From Octopus sinensis (taxonomy: Eukaryota), in NCBI RefSeq assembly GCF_006345805.1, contig NC_043003.1, positions 54,994,001 through 55,058,000 on the forward strand: 64,000 nt of DNA, given 5' to 3'. The notes below the pieces were generated by a model, which was given only the letters and a program-made list of their open reading frames with translations, had not been told where the DNA came from and made no database searches. This document shows, piece after piece, positions 40,927 to 57,480 of this stretch; position 1 is the first letter of the stretch; each line of letters opens with the position of its first letter. Made by a program: the position numbers and the translations under genes.

Positions 40927-41387
40927 TATATATATATAAGTCATTGATTAGAGAACAAACATCAAATTCGAATCAATGACTTTATATAATACCACACTTC
41001 CATACATTTGATCATATTAAATATAACCATGACTTTTAACATATAAAGAATACATATATATATAAAAGACAGAATGTAAAAATAAATATGCAATAAAAAT
41101 ACAAATATATGGAACCGCCTATCAAGAAGGTATATACAATCGACTAAAAATTTCTAAAGCGTGTCATGAGACTAAATATATAAATAAAATATCAATCGAC
41201 TAAATTTTTTTTTTCATCCCCACAATTAAAAATATGTCAAAAAAAAACATTTCATAAAAACCATGGTAGTTTTTTTTTTTTATCTTTGCCTTAATCTCAT
41301 TTGAGCTCTTCTTTTTTGCAGTCTTAAAAACATACTTGCCTCCATAAAAAGAGGCATACATTTTTTCTTGTATATATATATATATAT

Positions 41388-41596
41388 TCATTTAATCTTT
41401 CAAATACTGCGGCCATGTTGGAGCACCGCCTCTAGACGAACATATCGACCACATGATTTTTTCTTTGTAAGCCTGGTAATTATTTTTACGGTCTCTTTTA
41501 AACCAGCATGGGTTGTCAAGCGATGGTGGGTGGGGACAAACACACAAATACACAGACACACACACACATAAACACACACACACGCACGCACACACA

Positions 41597-41690
<94 letters not shown>

Positions 41691-41860
41691 CATATATATA
41701 TACTCACATACGATGGTCTTCTTTCAGTTTCCGTCTACCAAATCTACACACAAGGCTTTGGTCGTGCTATAGTAGAAGACACTTGTCTAAGGTTCCACAC
41801 TAGCACTGAACCTACAATCATGTGGATGGTAAGCAAACTACTTAACACACACCAACTCCT
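41388..41860 (-). mobile_element. SINE family B with internal (CA)n(TA)n
   Basis: Same two halves as 27475-27931, separated by an expanded microsatellite. Confidence 0.8.
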
Positions 41861-41984
41861 ATATATGTATATGTATATGTATATATATCTATATCTATAT
41901 CTATATTTACATCGATATCTATCTATCTATATATATATATATATATAGGTATACACAAGCACACACATAGACACACACACACAG

Positions 41985-42017
<33 letters not shown>

Positions 42018-42614
42018 CATATATATACATAAGTGCATTTGTGAGGCGTAAACACACGCACGCACACGCAACACGTCCATTTGCATACACCTATATACAT
42101 CAAGATGTTTTCGACTCATTCAGCAAATAGAAGACATTTTCTAATGTATTGCGCCGTGGATTCGCACTAAGAATAATATTGTCTTAAACCAATGGTGGTA
42201 TAAAATAAAATTATGTGCTTTTGAGGCTATATATGTCCTTTTCGAGAGTCATAATTGCTAATTTCAAGCAAAATTCTTAACAAAACAGTCATGCCTACGT
42301 TCACTCATTCCATTTGCAAAAATCTCGAAATTGATAATTATGACGTTAAGAAAAAAAAAAAAAAGAAAACGGAAAGAAGTATGTAGTAGATAACCAGAAT
42401 AAAATTGCGGTACATTACCGTATATTTTTCACTTGTAATGTCACCTGCGCTTTATATTAGACCACATAAGTGAATTTATCACAATGCTCAACGTATCTAT
42501 TATTTTTCTGGAGGACTTTCTATGTCTTCTTTAATTTTATTTGCCGTCTGTAGTATCTATTTCTTACAAACATATTTTCTGTTCGTATCAGCATTTATCA
42601 TCATCAACGTTTCT

Positions 42615-42654
<40 letters not shown>

Positions 42655-42736
42655 CTCTTACTTTTCATTTCTACACCCACACACACACACACACAACATC
42701 GAATATACAGATATGTGTGTCATACGTGATGCGTGA

Positions 42737-42778
<42 letters not shown>

Positions 42779-43187
42779 GAATATATATAATCATATACAT
42801 AAATTTATGTTTTATATTTGCAGGTATATACATATGTCGTTTCATATATATGTATACACGTATATATTTTTATGGGGCGTGTATTTATATATGATTATAA
42901 ACACACGCTCATTCTCATATATATTGCTTAATTTTATTAGCCCACTTATTTAAAATCGTTTTCGGAGCCATTACGGAATTAAATGACGATAGCTAGTATG
43001 TACTACTCCCACGATTTGCTGTAGGCCGCAAAGGATAAAATCATCAACACTAGATTTTTAAAATTACATTGCGTTTAAAACTTGTTGGATTTCATATCTT
43101 ATCTTGCATATGGTGTACTTGAGCTCTAACCTGCTTCAGATTTTGCAATTACTAAAATTTCATAACAATTTTCTGTTTTCTTTTTCT

Positions 43188-43533
43188 ATTATCTCCGCTT
43201 TACCGAAGGTGGAGGTATTGTTCAGTCGCGTTTGCTTGTGTGTGTGTTTTTTTTTTCGTGGACAAGATATCTCAAGAACCACTGGATGGATTCAGATGAA
43301 ACTTTCAGGGTTGTTTGGTTTCGTGGCTGCTGGCACAAACTGAGTTGTTTTGGGGACCGATCGAGTACCGGACAAGGATTCTGGATTATTTTTCTTTCAT
43401 TTACTTAATTTTTGAGGAGAGAGCAGTCAAGTTTATTTCAGATATTCTCATTTTAAAAATCATCTCTGACTAATCGTTGAAAGGACGTTGGTGTTTCTTT
43501 AGTGGAGAATTGCTCTCTCTGCGTGCTCTTGAT
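43188..43533 (+). mobile_element. Helentron-associated non-autonomous element (HINE/DINE-1-like)
   Basis: TTATCTCCGC..GGTGGAGGTATTGTT 5' end, short microsatellite, ACTGGATGGATTCAGATGAAACTT core, subterminal inverted GTGGAG, then GCTCTCTCTGCGTGCTCTTGATT 3' end. Confidence 0.6.
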
Positions 43534-43996
43534 TCTCTTACTTTTTGCGCCGCGTGAAAAATTTTATATAAAATTGAGGCGCTATCAAATATTTGTCTAA
43601 TGTCCTTTAATATATATAAGTATAAAGAAATACTAAGGCTCCTGTTTAGCGAATCATCAACTTATTATTAAAATGTTACACCTGAATGCTTGATGTAAAA
43701 GTTAGCCTTATAAATGATATCACTTTACTTATTTCGTAAAGATTTATATTTTATATTAGCTGAACTAAATTTTTTGTTTGTTACTTTAAAGAAGATTTAA
43801 TTCTGATATGTTCCTAATAGATTATGATAATAAGCTGTAGGAATTGCGTGTGCTGGTTAGTATTCTCCGGGTTTTCATTTCAATGGCTCGGATCTCATCA
43901 AGCTTCCAATAATGCATGTATGTATGTATGTATGTATGTATGTATGTATGTATGTATGTATGTATGTATGTATTTATGTATGTATGTATCAATATG

Positions 43997-45945
<1,949 letters not shown>

Positions 45946-46078
45946 TGCGTATTTGTATATACATACTTATACACACACACTCACACACACACACAGACAT
46001 ATATATATATGTACATACATATATCCATTCGTCAATAAATATATACACTGTTGTCTATACACATCTCCAACGTGCGCA

Positions 46079-46115
<37 letters not shown>

Positions 46116-46184
46116 CACACACACACACACACACACCACACACACACACAAACACACACACACGCACACACACACACACAACAC

Positions 46185-46219
<35 letters not shown>

Positions 46220-46749
46220 GAGTCACGTTTCTCATAAAAATAACGACTTTATATTTTGTAAAATTTTACATTTTATCAGACGGGGTTAATATCATAATAA
46301 CTATTTGGCATAGCGTTTCATATATATTATTATAAAGTATTTATGTAATTTTGTCTATATGCTCATAAATCGTAAACAAGCTAAAAACATGTCAGAATCT
46401 CGAAGTTTACCTTAACTCTATTGACTAATTTCTGTTCGCTTACCGCATTAACGATTCTGCGTTTGCGAGATTTATGACTGGTATATCTAGTATGACTAAC
46501 TCTAATGAAAAATATTTTTCACCATCATAGTATTGTTTATACATGAAAGCTGCTGGGTGCTTTACAACATCTAGCATCGCATAGGCAATGGCTGCTGGCA
46601 ATAAATGTATCTTTTTAAATTGAACTTTCTCGAACTTTCTTTATCGCAACATAAGTGTTATCAGTTTAAAAGATATATATATCGCCAGCAGTCATATCTT
46701 CTATAGTACTGGGAGATGTAAGGGAAACAACTGCTTTTATACACATGGT

Positions 46750-46853
46750 ATTCTATTATTATCATCATTATTATTATTGTTGTTGTTATTATTATTATTA
46801 TTATTATTAGTAGTAGTAGTAGTATTGTTGTTGTTGATGTTGTTGTTGTTGTT

Positions 46854-46884
<31 letters not shown>

Positions 46885-46938
46885 TTATTATTATTATTAT
46901 TATTATTATAATTATTATTATTATTATTATTATTATTA

Positions 46939-47006
<68 letters not shown>

Positions 47007-47010
47007 CTAT
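46750..47010. repeat. Compound (TAT/TAG/TTG/TTC)n array
   Basis: Direct inspection. Confidence 0.95.
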
Positions 47011-47900
47011 AATTAATATAGTTAGCTGCCTGAATCTTTAGAGCTGTCAAAAAGAATACTTTGCACTATTTTTTGACGCTTTACATTCTGAGTTCAAAAT
47101 GACAAGTTTAACTTGGCTTTGCATCGCTCTGGGGAACCGATAAAATATAATGCCAATAAATTGCTGGTGTTGGTGCTATTCAACTAACACTCTTCCCCTA
47201 AAAAGTCTGTGCTTAAACCTGAAACAATTATTAAAAGCATCATACATCCTAGTCACCATCATTAAACAAATTGATAATACCTCTACAATTATAGTAATTC
47301 TATGGAAATTCATGTGTTTTCTTTTGGTTTATACGTTCTTGCAGACAGGCGGTATCTGTTATATATTTGCACTAGTAATTTCGTGAGAGCCTCTAATTCT
47401 TTTAAAGCATTATCTAACGTGCTAATTATTAAGATGGTTCACAAGAAGGAGACAAATTTGTCGTTTGTAGAATATTAGAATTATGTTTAAGGCAGTTCAG
47501 TTACTCCCTAGTAAATATTCACCTTGACCTTAAACCTATCATGCTAGAAATTATATTTACACAAATTAGGATTGAAATACCTTCGACGTTAGTAGGCATT
47601 TTACAAAATTGCCCAACTTTTTTGAAATTCTTTCATACTGGTAAAATGAACTCATGCAGAATAACGAAACATATTCCATGCACATTTACACGTTTTTTTT
47701 TTATTCAAAAGCTCCACAAAACAAGAACGTGTTTCTGTAATATTTCATTATCTTATGACATCCAAACAGAAAATATATCATTTGTATGATATTTTTTTTA
47801 TCACGGACAATACATCCAAACATTATCACGTGCATAAATACTAGAGAATAAAATCGCCATAACTGTGGCCAGTGAAATCTTATAGGTTAGCTCAGTCTGT

Positions 47901-48122
47901 AAGGCGGTGAGCTGGAGGAATCGTTATCGCACCGAACAAAATGTTTAGCGGAATTTCTTTCGGTTCGTTAGGTTCTGAGTTCCAATAATGCTGAGTTCAA
48001 CTTCGTCTTTCATTTCTTTCAGAACCGATAGAATAAGCAGCAGTTGATCACTGGGACCGATAAAATCCACCAAACTGTCTTCCCTACAGCTGCAGGCGTA
48101 AACCAAAATTTGAAGCAAATAT
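47901..48122 (+). mobile_element. SINE family C, old copy
   Basis: AAGGCGGTGAGCTGG..TTAGCGG..TTCTGAGTTC head. Confidence 0.7.
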
Positions 48123-48464
48123 TTATAGCTGTTGTACGTCTCTGTTATGGAATGAAGAGCATTGAAACTGTAAAGGGTAAATTTGAACAATTTGCTGTAG
48201 TAAAAGGGAAAACCTAGAAATGTAAGGCACGGAGAAACAAATCTAACCAAATGCCTCAAGTACGGAAAAAGCAGAGCTCTGTCGAACATATAAAAAATAG
48301 ATCGGGCTATTGTCTCTTTATCACACAATCATTTCTCTTTTAATCCGCAACTAAGGCTTCTGCAGTTATTCTTATAAGATCTATTAATCTTTAGATAAGT
48401 TGTTCAGTAACTGATAGACCTCTTACATCGTGTATTATAAGTGCCAAATATATGACATGGGTTT

Positions 48465-48825
48465 ATTTGAGATGGATGGAAGCACTCCGTCGGTTACGAC
48501 GATGAGGGTTCCGGTTGATCCGAATCAACGGAACAGCCTGCTCGTGAAATTAACGTGTTAGTGGCTGAGCACTCCACAGACACGTGCACCCTTAACGTAG
48601 TTCTCGGGGATATTCAGCGTGATACAGAGAGTGACAAGGCCGGCCCTTTGAAATACAGGTACAACAGAAACAAGAAGTAAGAGTGAGAGAAAGTTGTGGT
48701 GAAAGAGTACAGCAGGGTTCACCACCCCCTGCCGGAGCCTCGTGGAGCTTTTAGGTGTTTTCGCTCAATAAACACTCACAACGCTCGGTCTGGGAATCGA
48801 AACCGCGATCCTATGACCGCGAGTT
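48465..48825 (-). mobile_element. Family A SINE (5'-truncated) with a different 3' tail
   Basis: Body AAACACCTAAAAGCTCCACGAG..CACCACAACTTTCTCTCACTCT shared with 19586 and 34494; tail ends GAGTGCTTCCATCCATC. Confidence 0.85.
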
Positions 48826-49592
48826 ATTTGAGATATTCATCAGTCGAATATCAACTCAATCTGGAAATATATAGAAAATGTACTGTTTCCATGAGTTGTT
48901 AGTAGATTCTGTATTATTAGAATACTTGTACAAAATAGATTATGAGAAAACCTACAATGATTTGTTCTTCCACGACTTCCTTCCAGTGTGATACTAAGCA
49001 TACCTTGTTTTAAAGTGCCATACGAAAACTGTAGTTTGTTAATATTGATCTGCGTCTTTTAACATTTCCTAACATTATGTTAAATAGAAAAAACTTTTGC
49101 AACAAAACTTCCGATATAATGTGGAATATGAAGAAGTTGTAAATTCTGAAAATTCAAAACTTCTAAGATACGGCATTACAGAAATAATTAATTCACAACA
49201 GCGAGAGCTCATGTTGAATTTCAAGGGGTTAACGCTTATCTAATATCCCAATGAAATTTTTAAAGTATAATGCAACTAATTAGCGTTTACTTTGAAGTTC
49301 GTATATCTATAGAAAGATTTTACACAGCTTTCCAAGCACCTGCGTTTCTATATCCATTTCTTCGAGTTACAAAATCTGCTGCAACATTTCCATCAGCGGC
49401 TCAGAGTCGTCGATAAATTCATCAACAAACGCTATCTATACATACATGGATTTTGTTTGCAGATTTGCAATATCACAACACGATAAAAACCTTTCAAATT
49501 TCAATAAAACAGCAGCACGTAATTATCAAACGTTGAAGAATGCACACACATACACACACACACACATACACACACACACACAGACACACACA

Positions 49593-49653
<61 letters not shown>

Positions 49654-49889
49654 TTATACATGTGTATATATGTATATATGTATATATATATATATATATG
49701 TATGCGTGTGAGTATATATAATACATATAAAGATATATATGTGAATCTAAATTAATATCTATTAATTTATTTCGTCATCTAATTTTTATTTCATATGGGA
49801 AATGACGCTATTAATGTTTTAAAGAGATATCTATAACTTAAAATAGTAAGGCGATACAACGGGTGCTTCAGATTTTCATCTTGTAGGCC

Positions 49890-50310
49890 AAATGGATCAC
49901 ATCCAACATTTCAAAAATTAGGCTGAAAATTTCCTTGTATCTAAAGAAGCTATAAAAATATATCGATTCTATTGAAAATGCTATTAAACTGGTAAGTAAG
50001 GCAGCTATTGATCATCATTTGCATTTTAGTATTAAAAGAGATGGTACCGATGCAACCTTTCTTGCAGCATTATCAAACGTTGGTAGATCTTTGACATTTT
50101 TTGTCAAAGTCCTTAAATAATTCTGAAACATAAAAAAAAGTAAGAAAAATGAACAATGAAAAGACAAACATTGCATTGTCAAAAAAGAAACTAATGCCGT
50201 TTTAGAAGCTGTGAGAAAATGGAAATATTTCCTCACGAAACACTTTAATTTGTTAACAGATCAAAGCTTCGTCTCCTTCATGTTTTACAATAAACCCGTG
50301 GGAAAAATAT
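49890..50310 (+). mobile_element. Ty3/Gypsy RNase H fragment
   Basis: KKETNAVLEAVRKWKYFLTKHFNLLTDQSFVSFMF matches EKEA.A...A..KW..YL....F...TD. Confidence 0.75.
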
Positions 50311-50311
50311 G

Positions 50312-50389
<78 letters not shown>

Positions 50390-50473
50390 TAATAATAATA
50401 ATAAATAATAATGATGATGATAATAATAATCATCATCATAATGATAATAATAATGATGATGATGATGATGATA

Positions 50474-50525
<52 letters not shown>

Positions 50526-50545
50526 CATAATAAAATGATGATAAA
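50310..50545. repeat. (TAA)n/(TGA)n array
   Basis: Direct inspection. Confidence 0.95.
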
Positions 50546-51145
50546 ATACAGGATGAATATATTAATATATACATACGAGTAGCAACAATTCATTAACTGT
50601 GGAAACTGTGATGAATAATAATTTTAATAATAGTAGTATTGCTTATCAAAAATTTCACTCATGTTCCTTACATCTTAACACACGTGGTGAAATACGTTTC
50701 TTTTAAATGGATTGTAAGGATACTTTCTAGAACATTCTTTATCACAACACAAGCAACCTTCATAGTAGCAACTTGATTAGCATGAAATATTTATATTTCT
50801 TTATCGTTGTTTAACTGTAGGAATGCCCTGAAGGAGCAAACCTATAACAAAGCAACAATAGCAGTACCATATTAATTTTTAAGTGACATAGCATATGAAA
50901 GTGTAAGATATATATTTTTTATATATATAGCTGGTAGGTTTGTGATTTGAGCGAGGTTTCCTTACTAATTCCCACAGGTTATGAGATCATCGATCTAACA
51001 CATTTATTGATTTCTTTGGTTTAACCTAGAATATACCCCGTCTGAATATACCTAATAGCCAAATCATGGTGGAAATTGTAGGGAAGTAACTTGAAAGCAT
51101 TAGGTAAAGTGCTATTTCCATTTTCCAAAATCGTATCGTAAGTGG

Positions 51146-51350
51146 CAGTCATTTGACTGCGACCATGCTGGAGCACCGCCTTAAAGGGTACTAGTCGCAG
51201 AAATCGACAACAGGACTTAGTATTTGTAAACATAGTACTTATTCTATCGGTCTGTTTTTTGCCGCCACGGGGATGTAAACTCACCAACATCAGTTGTCAA
51301 GTGTTGGTTGGAGACACAGAGAGACACACACGCATACAGACAAATACGCA
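51146..51350 (-). mobile_element. SINE family B, 3' half
   Basis: CAGTCATTTGACTGCGACCATGCTGGAGCACCGCC. Confidence 0.8.
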
Positions 51351-51388
51351 CACACAATCACCCCTGACACACACATACACATATACAT

Positions 51389-52195
51389 ATAGGGTGCGAT
51401 GGGTAAATTGTCGCCATGTTATATATTCAATTTCTCGCATGCGCATTCTTTGTTGCTAATTTTGTCGATTACGCACTATGGTAGGGTCCGTTGGGCACTG
51501 TCTATGAGTAAAAAACATACCATGACGCAATTTACTCTGTCAGAAATTTGGAAACGACATGATGTACTGCCTGGCATTCGCGCCGGAAGATCCATTACGA
51601 ATATTTCAGAGTGTTTGGGTGTCATTCCAAGGACAGTGCAATCTCCGCACATGTACTGAGGGTGATAAAAATCAAACATCCAGTCAAACATGGTGTTTGT
51701 AGTGATTACTACTGATCTTTCCACACAGTCTCACACTCAACGCAGTGCCTATACCAAGTGCTTGGATGAGGTAGTGCAGCCCTGGATCAAGGGTTTAGTT
51801 GATGAAAACCCTATGTTTGGCAACAAGATTCTGCACCATACCATACAAGCTAGAGAATCCAGTCACACAATTATTGCGACCGGAACACACCTAACATCTA
51901 GCCACCTAACTTCCCAGATTACAACTCCATTGATTATTTTGTGTGGGGTGCAGTTGAACGATAGACCAAGAAAACGCCTTCTAACACCTAAGATGGACTG
52001 AAGGCAAGATTATGGCAGCATTCACCAACTTAAGCAAAGTTAACTTCAAGAAGATTTGCAAGGGATTCCGAAGTCGTCTGGAGCCAATGACGATTTTATT
52101 GAGCAGATTTAGTCTTTAGTACTTCAAGCTATTTTTATGTAATTTTGGTAAATATATCTGTTAAAAATGAGATGTCAGTGTTATTTTCAATTTTG

Positions 52196-52200
<5 letters not shown>
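51389..52200 (+). mobile_element. Tc1/mariner superfamily element, maT/DD37D-like, internally deleted
   Basis: TA-AGGGTGCG left terminus; WQQDSAPYHTS..*PPNFPDYNSIDYFVWGAVER (third catalytic residue is D); right TIR not seen. Confidence 0.75.
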
Positions 52201-52278
<78 letters not shown>

Positions 52279-53124
52279 TCACATATGCCTCTGTTTGTCC
52301 CAATATTTATTAAGATGTTCAATCTAACTTCGGTGTGTTGTTTATGACACCATAGGCTGCAGTGAAGGTCCTAGAATATTACTAGCCAAAAAGCCAGCGA
52401 AGTCGAGAAAAACTGGCGGGATGTATATATATTAATTGTTTGAGAAAGAGGCAGTCTTTGTAACGAACAATAATTATCAGAAATTCAATCTAAGCTACGG
52501 TGAAAGTCTCAAAAAATGATTTCGTGTTGTAGATAAATGCTAATAAGTGTCGACATCTTATGTAGGCTGACGGAATTTTCATCTGCACCAACGGATGTTA
52601 CTACTATATCTTACGATTTCAACGTATTTCGGATAATCACCAGCAAGAAGCCAGTCAAATGCATAGCGAATAATACCGGCTAAAATAATTATTTCAGCCT
52701 CGAAACTTTTGTTGATAGGTTGAATACGGTGAGGTTCGATTACCGAAAACCATATTTTTGATAATCTAGCACATTTTCTCCGATTGCATCTTAGCAAACA
52801 TATGCATTGCAAATTGTGGAAGAGAGTTTGACATGCATGCAAGTGAATGGGGAAATTGTCTTCAATCGTGACGTGATACTCGAAGATGTCTGTGTGTGGG
52901 AAAATTTCGAAGACATTCATATGACATGAAGTATTCCAAAATGGTATCCATTTTCCCTATTAACATACCTAAAAGAATAATATCATATGACACATTTTAT
53001 TTTTGAGTATATTCTTTGTACTTCAGAATAAACTCCATTCATAATGGCAGCAGTCTTGATGCAGTCAGGTACATTGAAACACCAGGAATATATTTCAGAA
53101 GGTTGATATTTTCATCAATGATAA

Positions 53125-53335
53125 TGCAGTGAGCTGTCAGAATCGTTAGCACTCCGGGTGAAATGCTTAGCGGCGATGTTTCGTCCGTTTTTACGTTTTG
53201 AATTTAGATTCCACTGAGGTCGACTCTGCCTCTTATTCCTTAGGGGGGTGTTAAAATAAGTGCCAAATGCAATCAACTTAGCCCCTTCCTTCGAAATTTC
53301 TGACCTTGTGCCAAAATTTGAAACCAATATTTTCA
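53125..53335 (+). mobile_element. SINE family C, old copy
   Basis: GAGCTGTCAGAATCGTTAGCAC..GAAATGCTTAGCGG..GAGGTCGACT. Confidence 0.7.
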
Positions 53336-54561
53336 TCGATAACAATATGAAGTTCTATAGGATTTCAGGGATCAGAGCATATTATAAGGATCTAGCATAG
53401 TGGTTCTTACATTAATTATCGTTTTCTCACTTACTTTTTAAGTAGCCAATTGTTTGAATTTCCGATTCCCGTCATTTTCTCATTTAGTTTACATTTTCAT
53501 ATTTTTCTTGCCTCGAATTTGATACTGGTTGTTTCTATTTACGGAACTCCTTGCAGCTTTCATTTACTCTGTAATTAAATATTCATATTTAATTTAACGT
53601 TTTATCAGTTGCTTATTAACTCATAATTGCGTTTCATTAATGTGTGAAATGAATCATTATTAAACCGGAATACTATAATTTGAAGTCGAGTAAATGAATT
53701 AAAATTAATCGTTGTTTATATTTTTAAAGGAAGAACTAAAGAATACAAGAATAGGACGGCCAAGGAAGACAAAAAAAAGACAAAATAAGGCTTAGAGGGC
53801 CAATAAAATAAGATAAAAGGCAGAAAACGGAAAAGAAGAGATTAAAAGACTCATAAGAGAAAGAGGAAAACGAAGTACAGAGCTGAAAGGAGTTGTGTGA
53901 CAGCGGCAGAAAAAAAAAAAGAGAGTAATGGATTGAGAGAGGAAAAGAGAGATGACAGACGGGATGGATACTTGTAGAAGCAAATGTTTCAGTGAAAAGT
54001 AAGAGAGAGAAAAGTATAATACTGGGACTTAGCAGCGATAAAGTACTGGATGAGCAATCGAAAGATTCACACAGAAGAACGAGAAGTGGGGATATCAGCA
54101 TTCACGCTCATAATTTATATATATACATAACCGTATAACCGTTTCTGTCTCTCTCTTACATATATATTAGGCTATATAAATATCTTTCATTCATTCGTAA
54201 GTGAGGTCAATCCAACAAGTTGAATCTTTCAAAACCTAAATCCTCGGCTTAAAACAACTGACAGATTCTGTCTGATCTTCAGTTTGACCAATTCTCTCTA
54301 TGTTAATCTCTTCACATAATACTGAAATCGATAGAAAAAAGAACACTTTCCTATTTGCGAGAATGATACGCTTTCTTTCATTTTTCATTCTCTTTCTTTT
54401 CTTTTCCAGTTTTCTTCGGTTTTCTTTCGTTCTTTCCCTCCTTTCTCGCTTTCACTTTCACCCAGCTTCTTTGTCGCTACTGGTAACTGATCTCTTCTTA
54501 TCTTCAGCGGGTCTTTCATACTTTAGATCGTTCATCCTTTTCTTTCTTACATATATATATA

Positions 54562-54604
<43 letters not shown>

Positions 54605-54611
54605 TATGTAT

Positions 54612-55427
54612 TGAAGGCTTCGAATGATTTGTCTGTGTTCCGTGTTCGTCCCTTCCTGTATTCCACGTTCATTATATATAAAAACATTCATTCTTATATT
54701 ATTGCGGCGTTACGTGCACCCCCCCCCCGTTTGTTTGTCCAATTTTAAACCCTGCACGACTTCTATACACACTGTCTTCCTACCCGCCATTGCTTCTTCA
54801 CCAAACTTTTTGGCGCCCTCCGATTCTTCCCCTCTCTTCCTCCCATCCTCCTCCCCTCTTCCTCCCATCCTCCTCCCCTCTTCCTCCCATCCTCCTTAAT
54901 CCCTTCTTTCTCCTTTTCTCTTGGTCACTGATTCTGTCCCCTGCCTTCCACCCTCTTTGATTCCCTCTCTCTCTGTCTCTCTTTCTCTCTCTCCTGCGAC
55001 CTGCTGCTTCTTAAACCATTCTGTTGGCCTTCGTATCTCGACCAACATGTGTCCCCGCTACCGAAACGGTAATTATTTCTACGCCAGCTATGTTGTTGTT
55101 GTTTTTGTCTCATTTGGTCTAAAGTCGTATGACAACCACCGTTATATATATTTTGTTTATTCATTACTGTTTTCAATTTCGTTTTCGTCTCTTGTATTCA
55201 CATCCGTCTTGTGCGTTCACATTCCTGTCTTCTACCAAGAAATCTAATGCTTACAGCTTAGTTTTTTTTCTTGGGGCTGGCCGAGTTGGAGCAAATATCA
55301 GAATTGAACAGCCGAAATTTGCTATGATGATTCGGTGTCTGACTGAAGATTGAAGGCTTCGAATGATTTGTCTGTGTTCCGTGTTCGTCCCTTCCTGTAT
55401 TCCACGTTCATTATATATAAAAAATTC

Positions 55428-55428
<1 letters not shown>
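54612..55428. repeat. Segment bounded by ~79-bp direct repeats (TGAA..TTCA)
   Basis: 54612-54690 and 55351-55428 are identical except for one indel. Confidence 0.8.
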
Positions 55429-55511
<83 letters not shown>

Positions 55512-55937
55512 TATATATATATATGCGTGTGTATGTTCTATATACATATGTGTGTGTGCATGTATGTATGTATATTACAAATTCCCGCTTTTTAACGTTG
55601 TAATCGCAACGGTACGTTACTTCCTTTTGTCTGCCTACCTCTCTACTGATATTTTCTCCTTCAGGTCATCTCTCTCACTTTCATCACGATTTTTTTGCGG
55701 TGCTATGTTAGACTCTTTACCTCTCTTGCAATTTCTTCTCTTTCTTCCACAAATTTCTGTTTTTATTTATATATCCTCACTTCATCCTTTTCACTCATTC
55801 ATTCCATCTACTTTCACATTAACGCTCTCTCTTCTTTCTTTCTGTACCTCTTATTTCTCTCTCACCCTCTGCTCTCTTTCTCTTTTCTCTTACTACTCAC
55901 GATATCATAACTTTTAGTTATCTTCCAATGTGCCACT

Positions 55938-55972
<35 letters not shown>

Positions 55973-56286
55973 TTTCATTCTCTTTGTCTTCAAACACCTA
56001 TCCTTCTGTCTACCCCCTGCTCTTCTCACTCCTACTATTTCTTACTCCACTTCCTTTTTCCCCTCTGTTACCGACACAAAGTTTCCCAAATTTTTAACTC
56101 ACGCTCGGTCTATGTATGCGTATGTCTCTGTGTACTCTTTTTCCTCATTCTTTTCTTTCCACAAGGAAAAATTACTCTTCCTCAATTTCTCACACAATCT
56201 CTTACTCTCTCCGTTTCCTCCATAAGGACTCTCTCTTTTTACCCGCACAGGGTTCTGTGACAATCTCAACATGTTTAGCAAACACG

Positions 56287-56331
<45 letters not shown>

Positions 56332-56515
56332 ACAAAATCACTCAAACTTTTTTCTTTCACAACGAATCTTTATTTTTCCATCCAAGCTCTCTACTTTTTT
56401 CTGTAAGAAGCGCTCCCTTTCTCTGTTTCTCCCCTTTTCTTACTCCCTCTTCTGTTCACAGTCTCTGCCTTTCTTCTTCTGTTTCCTCTTACGAGCTTTT
56501 TTGCTACATTATATC

Positions 56516-56561
<46 letters not shown>

Positions 56562-57109
56562 TTCTCTTTCTCTCTAAAGTTCTCTTTTCTCATATAAATC
56601 CCCTCTTTCTCTCCTTCATAGACTTCCTCTTTTTTTTTCGTTTACCCTTTCTCTGATCCACGCTATCTATTTCTATCATAAAATTTTCTTTCGTTGTTTC
56701 TCTCTCAAACTTTTCATTTGTCTGTCTGCTTTTCTCTTTTCTGTTTCCCTTACAAGTTCTCACTTTCACTTTCCATCTCATCGTTTCAACACATTCGTTA
56801 TCTCTGTCTATCTATTTCATCTATGCAAGCTCTATACTCTATTAACGTCGAGCTGGTGTGCGTGTGAACCCTCATATTAGTTTAAAAGAAGCTTTACAAC
56901 TAACAAAAAGAAATCATAGCTGATGGGATTTCCAGGGATTTCCAATATATTCTTCGCCTTCCTTTTGAAGTTTTTCTTCTGTTTTTCCTTTCCCTTCTTT
57001 TCGTCATAAAAAATAATATTTAAAAGGAAAAGAAAAGAGAAAAAAAATTTTCAATAAATTCTTCAAAATATATAACACAAAAAACAACATCGTCTACAAC
57101 TACAACGAA

Positions 57110-57131
57110 AAACTACTATTACTACCACCAA

Positions 57132-57213
<82 letters not shown>

Positions 57214-57285
57214 ACTACTACTACTACTACTAATAATAATAATAATAGTAATAATAATAATAATAATAATACTGCTACAATAACA

Positions 57286-57319
<34 letters not shown>

Positions 57320-57398
57320 TTACTATTAATAATAATGATAGTAGTAGTAGTAGTAGTAATAATAATAATAATGATAATAATAATAACAACAGCAATAC

Positions 57399-57460
<62 letters not shown>

Positions 57461-57480
57461 GTGATAGTAGTAGTAGTAAT
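57110..57480. repeat. (CTA)n/(CTG)n/(TAA)n compound array
   Basis: Direct inspection. Confidence 0.95.

Noticed and set aside
55338-55375. CTGAAGA..GAAGGCTTC GAAT as a hammerhead
   Set aside because: GAAA is absent and stem I cannot be formed
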